Assembly: GCA_030704615.1 (NCBI GenBank)
Contig: JAKLZA010000317.1
Location: 1-32,185 of the forward strand
Source of the DNA: Takakia lepidozioides
Taxonomy: Eukaryota > Plantae > Bryophyta
Length of the DNA stretch: 32,185 nucleotides
Reading direction: 5' to 3'
Part shown: positions 1 to 13,000 of the stretch, one piece after another
Numbering within the stretch: position 1 is the stretch's first letter
How the letters are laid out: the number at the start of each line of letters is the position of its first letter
The notes under the pieces: model-generated
What the model saw: only the letters and a program-made list of their open reading frames with translations
What the model was told of the DNA's origin: nothing
The model's database searches: none
Translations under genes and position numbers: made by a program

Positions 1-904
1 TGAAAATAAAAATAATCATTACCTATGTAGCTATGCCATGTCTCCATGGGCTGTTTGGGCATTATGCACTCGCTGCAAAGCGGCACATGTGTCATCATGC
101 AAAACAGGAGCGAAAATGGTACAAGGGAGTGTGACCAGCCGCATGTCACCGCTCTGAGTTGCCCCAATGTTTTTGAAAATTGCATATGTAGCACCTCCCC
201 TACGAAACTGCTGGACTAACCGCTCATATTCTGCATGGAACGCTGGCAGAAAACTGACCTCCATACACTCAAACAATACCATTACTACTCCATAATAAGT
301 TAAAATAGCATAACAAAGAAAAGGCGAAAAGCAAACAATGGTAAGAGACTTACAATCTGAACATCCAGCTGAAAAGGCCCCATCCGCCACTGTCAGCTCG
401 AAACGCTGTTCCACCTGACCACGTACTCCTATAACCACCACACAGCATTAGTGGCGGTAGCAAACTTCTCATGGAATCGTTTTGAGAAAGCACTGATGGT
501 GTCTTTGCAAAAGAAGTTGAGTATTGGAGGGCTCTGAAATGGTGCTATGACCTGCACAAGGGTGACGGAGGTAATCTTCAAACAGTACACCAAATCACCT
601 CTCTCGAACTTAAGCTTAGGACGCACGGAAAATTCTCCAAGCGCACATAAGCGCCTTTGCAGAACTTCTCTGACTGTGTTTGGACCAATGACCCGAACAC
701 AGTAACATTGACCGTTGTGAAACCAAGCCTATCTGTGAGATCACAATGCAAATAGGACCATGTGCTGGGAGACTCCTGAATAGAGGGCTTGTTCACATTG
801 CCATACCTACTCAAATCAACCTAGAGCAATGGGAAAAAAAAAGACTTCGCGTGCCGGAGGGCTCCAAGAAAGGTTGACGCCGTAGCTGTGTAGGACTTAG
901 CCAT
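1..904 (-). pseudogene. RPA70-like OB-fold gene, partial copy (last exon outside window)
   Basis: Same sequence as the full copies. Confidence 0.55.
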
Positions 905-1017
905 TTCAACTTCTTCTCTAATGCGCCCGCTAGATAGCTAAGTTAGGCCAACCACTATCAAGAACTGCAAAGTGGTAGGCTTCTTGATTATTTCTTTGAC
1001 AACCCGATATTTTAGTT

Positions 1018-2262
1018 ATGACTAAACAGAGTGGCAGAACCCATCGTGACTGCTCCCTGTGGGAGTGGCCGAGACATAGAATCGGCGCCATTGTACTTCC
1101 AAACAACAGAGCGTGTGCGAAAGGCGCAGAGGAAGGAGAAGATGCTGATGAGCGCTTCCAGGGGAACAGTTGGAAAACACCTGGTAAACTACAAGCGAAC
1201 TTAGTTGAGGAGGAAAGGATACGTGACACAGCCCGACAATCGGCCCTCCATCGCTGCCGGATCTAAAAAAGAACACATTGAAGCCAGAGCTGTCTACGGA
1301 AGATGTGGAAAATGGTGAACGTGGCGAAGACGGTACTATCAAGCCCGACAGTGAAGCTTGATCAAGCAGTCAAGATAGCAAACAGCCTGTCGGGCCATGG
1401 GGAAGGCTTGAGGTTGGGGCAAATCGAGGATGTAGAGAGTCAAGAACAACTCGCAAGCAAGGTGCAAGAAGAGTTGTTCTTCTTTTATTGTTTCTTTGCG
1501 GGAGTATAATACAACTCTTGGGGAGCGAGGATGCACGCCATGGCAGCAAGAAGCATAGCTCCCAAATGGGAGAAAGAAGGACTGGTAGAGGAGGGATAGT
1601 GACTCCTCTCTACCCATGGTGTACTCAGATCGCTGAAAATGGAGGGGCCTGGCCGAACACACCCGAGCATCACCAAAAGACATCATCTCATGTCAGCAGC
1701 CACAGAGTGGAGTGCATCTGGAGGGAGGCGAAAACGGAGCCAACCACGAGTTCAAGAAGACACCAAGTCCGATCAGAACCCGAGATCTCTCAATCCATAC
1801 AGTGGAGGAGCACATGGACACACGAGATAAGGCAATACCAAACGGAGACGGGGAAGGACTGTCTCTCAACTCGAGCGGCAGCGGGCGGCATTTTCTGCAT
1901 GGCTTTACAAACTTAGCGTTCGCTCAAAGAGAAGCGGGCTGCCCCCTGATCAACCTTTACAACACCACAGATAAGTACAGGGGCATTCCCAACGTTGTGA
2001 TTCCAAGGGCTATGATGAAGAACGTTAGGGAAAATGCTACAACATTTGCTATTCTCACAACAGGTTATGTGTTGGAATACTTCTCATCTTCACCTGTGGG
2101 CCAGCACGAAAGCTAAATCGCCACAGATGCTCCGCTCAACACTTACAAATTTCTGAAGGAGCAAATATGGCTGCCTATAACCACTAACCATACAGGCGCA
2201 ATTGTGGCTTGCCTCTTACCAAACATGTATTTTGTTTTTGCTATAATATTATATATTATATA
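1018..2262 (+). pseudogene. Degenerate plus-strand ORF of unknown function
   Basis: Homologous to 30880-32154. Confidence 0.3.
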
Positions 2263-2263
2263 T

Positions 2264-3098
2264 TCACCGCGAATGAGAATAAATTTGAGAGTAAATGTGA
2301 GATTCAAAGTTGCATAATGACAGGAGAAAATTTGCGCTATGTCTTTTAGAGTGGACGACGGAAAACTCGACCATCAAATTGAACATGTGTTCATCATGAG
2401 TTGGTAGCCATTATGAAACGACGTGTTTCGGGGTTACATTGGTGTTGTTCATAATATCATTTGTTGTCGACCCATTTTTTAGTGACATATTGTGATATCA
2501 AAGAGGCTGTTTGTGTGTACCGATATTGGCAAATCCCGAAATGAAAGCGATTGAGAATTTGAAATCGAGGTCAAACGGCATAACATTTGAAGTGCAATGA
2601 GTTCTTTTCAAAATAATAGGTTCAAAAGTCCACTCTTCGTAGCGTGTCTCATCGTCATAAAGTAGTTGGAGAGGGTATGCGCAACAAATTGATCACCCAC
2701 AGAAAAATATTATTCTTTTATTTACTCGAGACCATAACCGAATGGTCTTTGTAAATAATTTGCTAAACAAAAAATGGCACGATTATCGCCTTCTTAACCT
2801 TCACAAACAACATTTTTGGACATTTGTTGAACAATTCATCAATTGTGCGAAACACCATGTAACTCATAGAGGGCGTCCAAGAAGAAAAGTGGATTTGAAT
2901 CATTTCGGCCACCTCATCAGTGGGCAATTGTAAGTTTGCTAAAATGTTTCAAGGTTTGACGACGGAGATCTGTAGATGATATTTCAAAAATGCAGCAAAT
3001 AAGCAACTGAATCAATAAACAGTCTTCAACAACATAATGGTAATCGTGTACACGATGCAAATTCTGATATTGTAATATTAAGTCTATCTCTGTATCAT
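2264..3098 (-). pseudogene. OTU-like cysteine protease ORF, indel-rich copy
   Basis: Homologous to 27941-28768. Confidence 0.55.
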
Positions 3099-3772
3099 TA
3101 TTAGAGAGTAGTAAATTAGATATAAAAATAAGGTTGTAAAAAACTGAATTAAGGTTCAAGTTGTATTATAAAGAAAATAATATTAATGGAGGTTGGCCAG
3201 ATTAGATAGATTTTGAAAATCTTATAAGAACACAACAAGCAATGTACAAGGCAATGATGAACGTCGAATAAAGAGTGCTGCTAAACAATAATAATAGTAC
3301 ATTATATGTTTTGATGAATTAAATTTCATAGATATTGTAGTAGATAAATCTGAATTGAAAAATTAAGTGAGAGACTGGCTGATTAACTGAGGAACTGGCT
3401 GATGAAAATGTAGCTGTAAACAAAAAAAAGGCTGAAGTTTGTAAAAAATTGAAAGAACACAAGAATGGCACAATATTGTCAAAGTACTCATATATTGCAA
3501 CCATAAACCACACACAACTCACAAAAATGGATTAATAAAATCCAATCATGTTGTGTGGGCTCTATTGTCATGGTAAGAACTACTTTGACGAAGTAGAGAT
3601 GCTCAGGAAAAATGCTTCACATATGAAGCAGCACCATGAAACCAAATAGCCTATAGATGTAGGAAGTCCAAGTTAATCCGAGGAAATCCGAGCATACACT
3701 AAACTATTGTAAAGGTTGATACACCTGAAAGCAGCCCTCTAGTCTAGCATGCTCTTGAATGCAGCAAAAGAA

Positions 3773-5104
3773 CTATGCTGCATGTTCTTCAAATCCAACC
3801 AAATCCCCCACAGGGTTCAAAGAAAACCGTCCCACATGACGCACGCTAGAGAACGCCTCGATGATGGAAAGTCTGTCTGTTCTATGAGCATTTTTCAGAT
3901 CTTCCTCGATCATGCCCACTATGGCCTCCACCCAATCTGAATTGACATACACCTGCACAATCCCATCCACACCCTGAATGCTACCAGCTATGCAAACATG
4001 AAGGGCACAGTGACTTGCTGTTTTGCAAGCATTACAAAAGAACAAGTCGTCATCCTGACGTGCTATGTCCTCGAGGCCACATGTGGCACACACTCGTTTG
4101 AAGGGTGGAGTGGAAGGCGAGGCGATGTAAAAAATCCCCAAAGGTGTTAGAGATGAGAAGATAATGCAATTGCAAAACAAATAGAAAGAGGAGAAACCTT
4201 GAAAATAAAAATAAATCATTACCTATGTAGCTATGCCATGTCCTCCATGGGCTGTTTGGGCATTATGCACTCGTGCAAAGCGGCACATGTGTCATCATGC
4301 AAAACAGGAGCGAAAATGGTACAAGGGAGTGTGACCAGCCGCATGTCACCGCTCTGAGTTGCCCCAATGTTTTTGAAAATTGCATATGTAGCACCTCCCC
4401 TACGAAACTGCTGGACTAACCGCTCATATTCTGCATGGAACGCTGGCAGAAAACTGACCTCCATACACTCAAACAATACCATTACTACTCCATAATAAGT
4501 TTAAAATAGCATAACAAAGAAAAGGCGAAAAGCAAACAAATGGTAAGAGACTTACAATCTGAACATCCAGCTGAAAAGGCCCCATCCGCCACTGTCAGCT
4601 CGAAACGCTGTTCCACCTGACCACGTACTCCTATAACCACCACAGCATTAGTGGCGGTAGCAAACTTCTCATGGAATCGTTTTGAGAAAGCACTGATGGT
4701 GTCTTTGCAAAGAAGTTGAGTATTGGAGGGCTCTGAAATGGTGCTATGACCTGCACAAGGGTGACGGAGGTAATCTTCAAACAGTACACCAAATCACCTC
4801 TCTCAAACTTAAGCTTAGGACGCAAGGAGAAATTCTCCAAGCGCACATAAGCGCCTTTGCAGAACTTCTCTGATTGTGTTTGGACCAATGACCCGAACAC
4901 AGTAACATTGACCGTTGTGAAACCAAGCCTATCTGTGAGATCACAATGCAAATAGGACCATGTGCTGGGAGACTCCTGAATAGAGGGCTTGTTCACATTG
5001 CCATACCTACTCAAATCAACCTAGAGCAATGGGAAAAAAAAAGACTTCGCGTGCCGGAGGGCTCCAAGAAAGGTTGACGCCGTAGCTGTGTAGGACTTAG
5101 CCAT
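3773..5104 (-). pseudogene. RPA70-like ssDNA-binding gene copy (3 coding segments)
   Basis: OB-like LHCDLTD..VNVTVFG..KFCKGAYVRLENFS; C-terminal CATC-x12-FCNAC zinc ribbon; GT-starting AT-rich introns. Confidence 0.6.
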
Positions 5105-5485
5105 TTCAACTTCTTCTCTAATGCGCCCGCTAGATAGCTAAGTTAGGCCAACCACTATCAAGAACTGCAAAGTGGTAGGCTTCTTGATTATTTCTTTGAC
5201 AAACCCGATATTTTAGTTATGACTAAACAGAGTGGCAGAACCCATCGTGACTGCTCCCTGTGGGAGTGGCCGAGACATAGAATCGGCGCCATTGTACTTC
5301 CAAACAACAGAGCGTGTGCGAAAGGCGCAGAGGAAGGAGAAGATGCTGATGAGCGCTTCCAGGGGAACAGTTGGAAAACACCTGGTAAACTACAAGCGAA
5401 CTTAGTTGAGGAGGAAAGGATACGTGACACAGCCCGACAATCGGCCCTCCATCGCTGCCGGATCTAAAAAAGAACACATTGAAGC

Positions 5486-5490
5486 CAGAG
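5486..5490 (+). other. Target-site duplication CAGAG (left)
   Basis: Empty sites in other units read gaagcCAGAGctgtc once; here CAGAG flanks both ends of the element. Confidence 0.95.
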
Positions 5491-6428
5491 TGTCGCGCGG
5501 CTTTTACTCACCCATCCCTTCGCTATCCGAGGCGGAAACTCCAAGATAGAAGAGTTGGAAATCTCTAAGTACTCAGCCCGCGCAGAACAATCAGTCATGA
5601 CCTACAGCTAGTGTATCATGGGGGTGTTTCCTATTTGTTTCCTTTTCCGCATTCATCTTAGCTACCTTACCATTGATAATTAAGTATCAGTTTGCTTCAT
5701 CAATTTATCGGTTTCCTTCACTCCTCCATTCAATCCACAGCTTCACTCAGATCTCTCTACACAGTGTGATTGTATCGTATAAGTATCAGATTATGATTTA
5801 TCAGGTATCAAGCCGAAGCCATTGTGTCTCTATTCTCCTCTACAATATCCCTACAGCTTTGCATATAACAAGCATCTACTAATCCTCTTTCCTCCTTCAT
5901 CGTGCTCACCGACTTCCGCTCCCGTCTCACTCCGAAATCCTCCTCCCCCGAATAATAATCCCCTCTTCATTCCCCGTTTCTCCCTTTATCCTCCTATCCG
6001 CGGTTCTAACCGTTTCCCTCTCTAACCGTCGTATGTGAACTAACATGTTCCCTTCACAGGTGTTGTTCCCCACAGTCGTTCCCTGTCCTACTCTTCGTTC
6101 CCTATTATCGTGACAGCTGTGTCAAGCGGTGACTGGCTGTGTTTGGCTGTGTCGGGCTGTGACTGGCTGTGTGGGCTGTGTGTGTGTGCTGTGACGACTG
6201 TGACGGGCTGTGTGGGCTGTGTGGGCTGTGACGCGACTGTGACGGGCTGTGTGGCTTTGTGGGCTGTGACGACTGTGACGGGCTGTGTCGGCTGTGTGGG
6301 CTATGTAACCCCCCTCTACAGTGCGCTGCTGTCACCCCTAAGGTTCATGTTGGTCTCAGTCTGTGCAAAAATTAAGGGTACCCTACAAATCCCGTATAAG
6401 TGTCTAAGTCCCCTACAGTCCTCTAACA
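5491..6428 (-). repeat. 3' LTR (938 bp)
   Basis: tgtcgcgcgg...ctctaaca; direct repeat of 17696-18619; adjacent to PPT. Confidence 0.96.
6110..6305. repeat. GGCTGTG(TG/AC) ~9-bp minisatellite in 3' LTR
   Basis: Runs of ggctgtgtg / gactgtgac. Confidence 0.88.
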
Positions 6429-6446
6429 TTTACCCCTTCCTCCCTC
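6429..6446 (-). promoter_or_regulatory. Polypurine tract
   Basis: Minus strand GAGGGAGGAAGGGGTAAA immediately before the TG of the 3' LTR. Confidence 0.9.
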
Positions 6447-9400
6447 AAAAAGCCGTGTCCTCACGGTTTACTGTTTCTGAGTAGCAAACCCTTTGTGAGT
6501 GAGCACCTTGTTGACGTTGAGAGTTTCGTGGCGGGCTGTGTGTACGAGCCCGAGGTCTGTCTCTGGTTGACGGAGATGGTTGATCATTACCTGGATAAGT
6601 GAGGCCTTCTGGAGGCTGATATCGAGGTAATCTTTCCGGCATAGGAGATCCCCTTTGTTTCTTCTCTTCCATCTGAATTGCATAGTCTTCTCCCATGTCA
6701 AAAGAATTCTGTGAAGAAACAGTTGTATCAGAATCCTCATCGCCTCTCAGGTGTTTTAATTTTCGAACTTTTTGTGGAATCATCTGGGGCATACAATGCT
6801 GTCCTACCATGTCTGGAAGTTTGCATTTTACAACCTGGTGTAACCGTTGAACAGCAAAATTGGTGTAGACACTGAGCTCCTTGTCTGTCCAGATGAGTGG
6901 GGTACCAATTACTGGTGCAGCGTGCAAGTATTTCCATGCGATATGTCCCTTATAGAAAATGTCATCAAGTCCGAATTTCTGTGTTGACAAATTGTTGCAG
7001 GCTGCTTGAAACCATGAACGAATTTGAGAATCCTTCTGTATCATAACTTTTGGGTCATATAGGTACATATGAGGTGGCACCGAAGGTAATACCCAATGAT
7101 CTCCACTGGAGTAACTTTGAAAGCGTGCTTGCATCTTTTGTTGCTCAATGTGGTAACGTATCAGAAAACAAGCAGCGTAGTATAGCCCGCACCCCATGAC
7201 AATACTTGCTATCTCCTTGGTCTTGGTATAAATGAGTCCATGTACAACCTGGAAAGCAACCAATTCCCTCAACATGGTACCTGCCTCGTGCCAGTATTGT
7301 GCAAAGTGATGATCTTCAATATGTCGATTGTTTGGAAGAACTTTAGTCCTGGTTGCCACTGGCAGCCAAATACGCATGATTTGGTAGTAATGTGCGAATG
7401 ACTGCGGAGGACTAAATTTCTTTCCAAGCCAAATCCAACATGATGGGAATTTGGTTGAAGGGCATAATCATAGCCCTACTGTACTCCCTGGCAGCTGGAG
7501 TTTTAGGTGGGTTAAAAGCTGCATTGCCCCATACCTCCGGCTGTGGTGGCTGTGGTGTGGTTGTAGTAACCACAGGTTCAGCTACTGGTACACTGACCTG
7601 TTGTGGTGGTGGTGGTACTGGTTCCTGTACCATTGGCATCTCCTGCACCTCCTGTGAAGACTGAAAAGCCAGAGTTCTGGCTTGCAAATAAGAAGCCATT
7701 AGCTGTTCCTGAGGGATATAGACTCTTTGGTCGATGTTTGAAGTGAGGTCTTCCACTTGAGTCTGGAGTCCGTCTACATCCTCTTGTAACTCTGCTATCC
7801 TACTATAGACATTGTCTATAGTAGTTGTGGCAATGTTCTGCACCTGCAGTCTGAGCTCATTCATCTCGCTTTGGGTGAGCTTCCGTGGGCTTTTGCCCTC
7901 TACTGGCCCTTGTGCTAACCAGACCTGCATAAGGCTGTTATCCACCAAGCTGCTTGTGGTTCCCCTGAGAGTTTGCTCTTCTCTTAGCTTGTACAATTCC
8001 AACTGCTGTTGTAAAGCCTCCATGCGCTTCGCCTGTGGCTCAACCAATTGCGCATAGGCAGCAAGTAGATTATTGGCTTCCTTCGAAGCCTTGTTACTGA
8101 CCGCGATTTCATTTCTATTGGCCACGATGGTTTGTTGCAACTCCACGATGTATTTCTCTTGCTCAGCTTCCATCTGCCTGTATTGCTTGAAAGTATCTTC
8201 ATTGCGACAGATTGTATTCTTCATATCGACAATGAGCTTCATGTGCTCCACATTCTCTTCTTCTGCCTTCGTACATTTTTCCGCTTGACTGTTTATTTCT
8301 TTTGTTGATTGGTCAAGCATAGTTGTAAATGTAGCGCATTGTATCGCCATCCTGTTATGCACTGTCTGCAACTCCGTATGTAGTGCATTCAGTTCTTGCA
8401 ACTTGCTTTCATGCTGCACCTGCATTTGTATAGCTGTTGCTTATGTGCTTCGTGCAACTGGTCTTGCGCGAGGCCTGCCTCAATCAATTGTTGCTTGGCC
8501 AATTGCAAAGCCATTTCTGTATTGGCCAAGTCCTGCTTCATCTTGAGAGTGACCTCTTCATCGACCTTGTTTGCACACTCAGTGGCAAGTCGAGCCTCAA
8601 ACTCCTTCCTGAGTTCTTCTTTCAAGGCTGTCAATTGGGTAATTGGAACATGGGTTTTGACATAAGTCCCCAACAAATTAAGTGTCCTGCCTATGGAACT
8701 CATCAGCATTGCCTGTTGAGGGTCATCATGGTGAGGTTGCTGCTGTTCCTCCTGATCTTCAACAGTATGATGTCTCACTAACCATTCAGACCATTGTCCC
8801 ACCGGATTTTCTTCCTGAACTACTTCATTTATGACCGGTGCTACAGTGTCATGGCCTTCCGCCTGTGGTACCTCCGACACAGGTGTGTGCATTATATGTA
8901 CCTCAGGATTTCTCTTGGGCAACTGTTGCACCTCTGGGATTTCTGTCTGCTTGACCAGACCAGAATATTCATAGAGAAGGTCCCCTTTCTCTATTTCTGC
9001 CACTATCTGTTCTGTAGTTGGAATATCTATCCCTTCACTTTCCAAATCAATTATTTCGGGTTGAGCTGCATGGATAACTTGTGACCTTGTGACAAGTCGT
9101 TCAAGTGGCTGTGTTGGTTGTGATGCAGAAGTAACTTCTTCCTCCCTCTCTGAAGGTCCTGCTTCCAGTAATAACATTCTTTTGTGCTGCTGTGCCCCTT
9201 CCTGGTCATGAGCTTGGGAAACATTATCATGCGGAATCCGTGAAGCCAGTGGATCTGCCACTACAGTCTTTCCCCTTCTCTGCCTCTTAGTCTCGGGTTG
9301 TGCTGCTAGTCCACCCTCACTGTGTGAAGAGCCTTGCTCTTCCATTGCAGTTGTTTCTGGCTCAAACACTCTCATTTCCTTCCTTTCTTGTGCATTAAGT

Positions 9401-10018
9401 ATGCCAGAATTAAGGATTATTTGAGCAATGATTGGGCCAGACACTATGATAGGAGATTTTGCGGTAGTACTTGTAATCTTTTCATCTCCTCTACCAGTGC
9501 GTTGTACATTATGTCCGCCCATTGTACCTCTTGTCCCTTCAAGCTTTGAGGATTTCCTCTGTGAAGGATCTGCTCAAATATTGTTGGTTCTGTTTCAGGG
9601 CAATCAGAACGTTCAATACTTGGCCTATGTCTTTTAACCCTGGGTACACAGCTTTGGTACAAGCATAACCCTGAGTTTTAAAGAAACTCCCTTCTTGGAA
9701 TAAATCCCCTATTTGCAGTCTTTCCCTGTGTTCCTCCACATACACATGACCTGCTGGCAATCGAAACAATTGCTGGAGGTATAGGGGAGTAATCATTAAT
9801 TCAACTCCCTTCACCGTTGTTGTTCCTGTCTTTGGCTCAAAGTTCTGCAAAAATTGTAACATGTACTGTCTATGGTGTAGTGTCCAATCCATGCTTTGCA
9901 ATCCTTCCAATCTCAGCTCCTTCAGTATCTTTATCGCCTGTGGGGTAGCCATCGTTTGTTTCTGCAGAATTGTGGTGCTCTTCACCCTGATTTCCTCCAT
10001 TCCTCTCACTCTCTTCAT
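6445..10018 (-). CDS. Extra 3' sense ORF (~1190 codons, about 4 frameshifts): plant-retrotransposon accessory-like N-domain, acidic region, long coiled coil, Pro-rich linker, unknown C-domain
   Basis: Pieces (tail of 9539-13306, part of 9444-9662, 8389-9522, 7412-8425, 6445-7377) join with single-base changes in homopolymers; motifs QFLQNF..TVKGVELMITP..LFRLP and GQEVQWA..GPIIAQI; stop codon abuts the PPT. Confidence 0.7.
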
Positions 10019-13000
10019 CTTAGACTCACAGAACTGCTTTGGCTGTAACAACTGCAGGAATGCCTGTAGTGCACAAAGCAGAAACGTATGGTTGCCGCAG
10101 AAAGCTATGGGTAATCTCTTGTAAGCCTGCGGGGCTTGCAAGCATTGTTCAAGAGAAAAGCTCTGCTCTTTCGTTTCGTGTCTCTGCCATTGCGTAAGTA
10201 ATATTGCGAGCGTATAGTCTGTTAGTTCCTCCATAGTTTCCAAGTTATAGCATTTATGGCCTGTCCTGTCGAGACGCCCGTTACTCAGAACGACGCCGCC
10301 TCTTGCGCTCAATTTCCCTCCATTTTCTTGATCATTTCTCTGGTTTTCTATTGGCTGTATCCGCTGTGACTGGATTTTAACTTTTATCTTCTTTAGTGGA
10401 CTTTCCCTGTTGGATAGTCCACTAGGATCACACATGCGACATGAATTCAGCTTTTCTGTACTTGCCGTTCGTTCTGTTTCCCTTTTTCCGTATTCATTAA
10501 TGGGCCCGCCTTTCATCCCATTTGACGGCCGTTCTTTTCCTCTTTCTTTTTGACACTTGTCCTTGCACTTCATTCTCTGCTGTGTGTCGCACCCTGACCT
10601 CCACGTGTCTATTTTTAAAGTAATTTCCGTTTCCTCTTCCGTCATCCATTTTCCTGAAGTTATTATGTGTCCACTTGCCACTGATTCTATGGATGGTGTA
10701 ACTTTAGTAGGCTGTGTTGAGCTGTGACAGGCTGTGTCATACTGTGTTACGCTGTGATAGGCTGTGTTGCACTGTGATAAGCTGTGATAGGCTGTGACAC
10801 GCTGCGGTAGGTTGTGATAGGCTGTGTTGCGCCTTGCTGGGTTGTGGTTGGCTGTGTCACGTCGTAACGGGTTGTGGTAGGCTGTGTTGCGCCTTGCTGG
10901 GCTGTGATAGGCTGTGTCACGCCGTGATGGGCTGTGATAGGCTGTGTCACGTTTGTTTTGCCCACCCCGGTCATATATACTGGGCCTAGCGACAAGTGTT
11001 CCATACTCCGTTCGTAACACTGGTGCAGCCCGTGACTGCTCTGGCGGTTCAACATGCAAATCATGCTGCAGGGGTTTGTCATGGATACCACTGTACCCCT
11101 TCAACTTATTTGCATTGACTCTTCCCAGCATTTCTTTGTTAATGGTTTGTAACATGGCTGTGTTGTTATCATACATCTTTTGTATGACATAAGGTCCTTT
11201 CCATGGTGATTTAAGCTTAGAAGCTTGAATCTTTCCTTTCTTCTGCAACCATAGAACCAAATCCCCCGTCTTAAAAGTCTTTAATTTGCCTTCATCAAAC
11301 TGTTCCTTTCGCTTCATCTGAATTCTGGTCATATTATCAGCTGCATCAGCACGTACTTCTTCCACATGGTATAATTCATGTTTCCTGACCTTGATGGAGT
11401 CTTGCAATTCCATTCTTTTTCCCCACTCCGTTCTCATGGTAGGTAACAGAAATTCTACTGGAAGTAAGGCTTCCATACCATAAACTAATTGGAATGGTGT
11501 ATACTTAGTGGTGACTTTATATGAAGTCCTGTATGACCACAAAGCTGTCAGCAGCTTTGTATCCCAATCCGTTCTGTTTGCATTGACTATCTTAGCCAAG
11601 ATAGTACATAGTATTTTGTTGGTAGCCTCTGCCTGCCCATTACCCTGTGGGTAATATGTTGTACTCTTTCTATGCACAATCATAAACTCTTTAGTCAATA
11701 ACTCAATGGTCTCATTCATGAAGTGACTTCCTTGATCACTGATAAATTCTAAGGGACATCCAAATCGTGTAAGTATGTTCTCGTACAGGAACCTTGCTGT
11801 GGACTTGGCTGTGTTGTCCCTCAAAGCTTTAGCTTCCACCCACTTTGTAGTATAATCAGTGGCTGTAATTATGTACCTGTTTCGTGTATTCTTGGATGGT
11901 GGATTAATTGGTCCAACAAAGTCTAGTCCCCATTTCTGAAATGGTTCCGTAGGCATTGTAGGATGCAAGGCCATTCTTCCAGATCTCTGCAAAGGTCCTA
12001 GCCTCTGACATTCATCACACTTCTGACAATACTCATGTACATCTTTGAACAAAGTAGGCCACCAGTATCCTGCGAGTAGTATCTTTCTACTGGTAGTCTC
12101 TTCTCCAAAATGACCTCCAGCCACTCCTTTATGAACTTCCTCCAAGACTTTATTTACTTCATGGTGGTACAAGCATCGTTTTAGTACTCCATCAGGTCCT
12201 AACTTATACATTCTGCTTCCTACCATAGTATAAGGTAAAGCTCTGATAGCAATTCTCTTCCTCTGCTCCTTACCATAACTAGGTGGGCACTGACCATGAG
12301 CAAGGTAGTATCTGATTGGCCACTGCCAATCTAACCATTCATCTGCACTTCCTTGCACCTCCATTACAAATAAACTCGCATCAGGTAACTGATCGTCCAC
12401 TCCTGTGGCGGCCTCTCCTGTTGTTAGTCGTGACAAATGATCTGCCACAAGATGCAAACGGCCAGGCTTGTAAATAACCTCGAACTCAAACTCATGCAAG
12501 ATTATTAACCACCTCGCTATCCTTCCACTTATCAAAGGTTTGTTCACCAGATATATCAGAGCCTGGTGATCCACATAAAACATAAACTTTCTTCCCAATA
12601 GGTAATGCCTGAATTTCTTCACTGCATAGATCATTGCCAATGCTTCTCTTTCCGTTGTGCTATAGTTCCTCTCAGCACTGTTCATCAACCGGCTAGCATA
12701 GTACACAGGTGAATCTATATTCCCTGTAACATTCTGGGCTAACACCGCTCCCAACGCTTCTCCTGATGCATCGCAGTGAACATGAAATACTACATGCCAG
12801 TGAGGGTTAATCAGCACAGGTGTAGTTGTTACTGACAGTGTAAGTTCCTCAAACGCCTGTTGACATTCAGCTGTCCATGCAAACACTGCATCTTTCTTCA
12901 GAAGCTTGCTCAATGGTGCTGCTATTTGTGCATACCTTTTGACAAATCTTCTGTAATAACTGGTTTGCCCAAGGAATCTCCTTAAACTCTTAACATTCAC

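Larger units (their letters stand above)
1..5490. repeat. Tandem array of ~4.2 kb unit, left arm (unit 1 = 1-4199; first 1291 bp of unit 2)
   Basis: Sequence at 1 recurs at 4200; ORF MTKQSGR at 1018 and 5219; near-identical sequence. Unit phase is arbitrary. Confidence 0.97.

Noticed and set aside
3072-3080. Geminivirus nonanucleotide TAATATTAC on the minus strand, once per unit
   Set aside because: No GC-rich stem, lies in AT-rich OTU codons (LILQ), and no Rep or capsid ORF; chance is likely.
1-4199. rDNA, 5S, snRNA or histone tandem array
   Set aside because: No recognisable rRNA, snRNA, tRNA or histone sequence in the unit.
5673-6484. ORFs within the LTRs (e.g. 6110-6484, 17878-18231)
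   Set aside because: Products of minisatellite and pyrimidine-rich sequence; frames differ between the two LTRs.
10711-10950. CRISPR-like array
   Set aside because: Degenerate contiguous minisatellite with no unique spacers and no cas genes; eukaryotic context.
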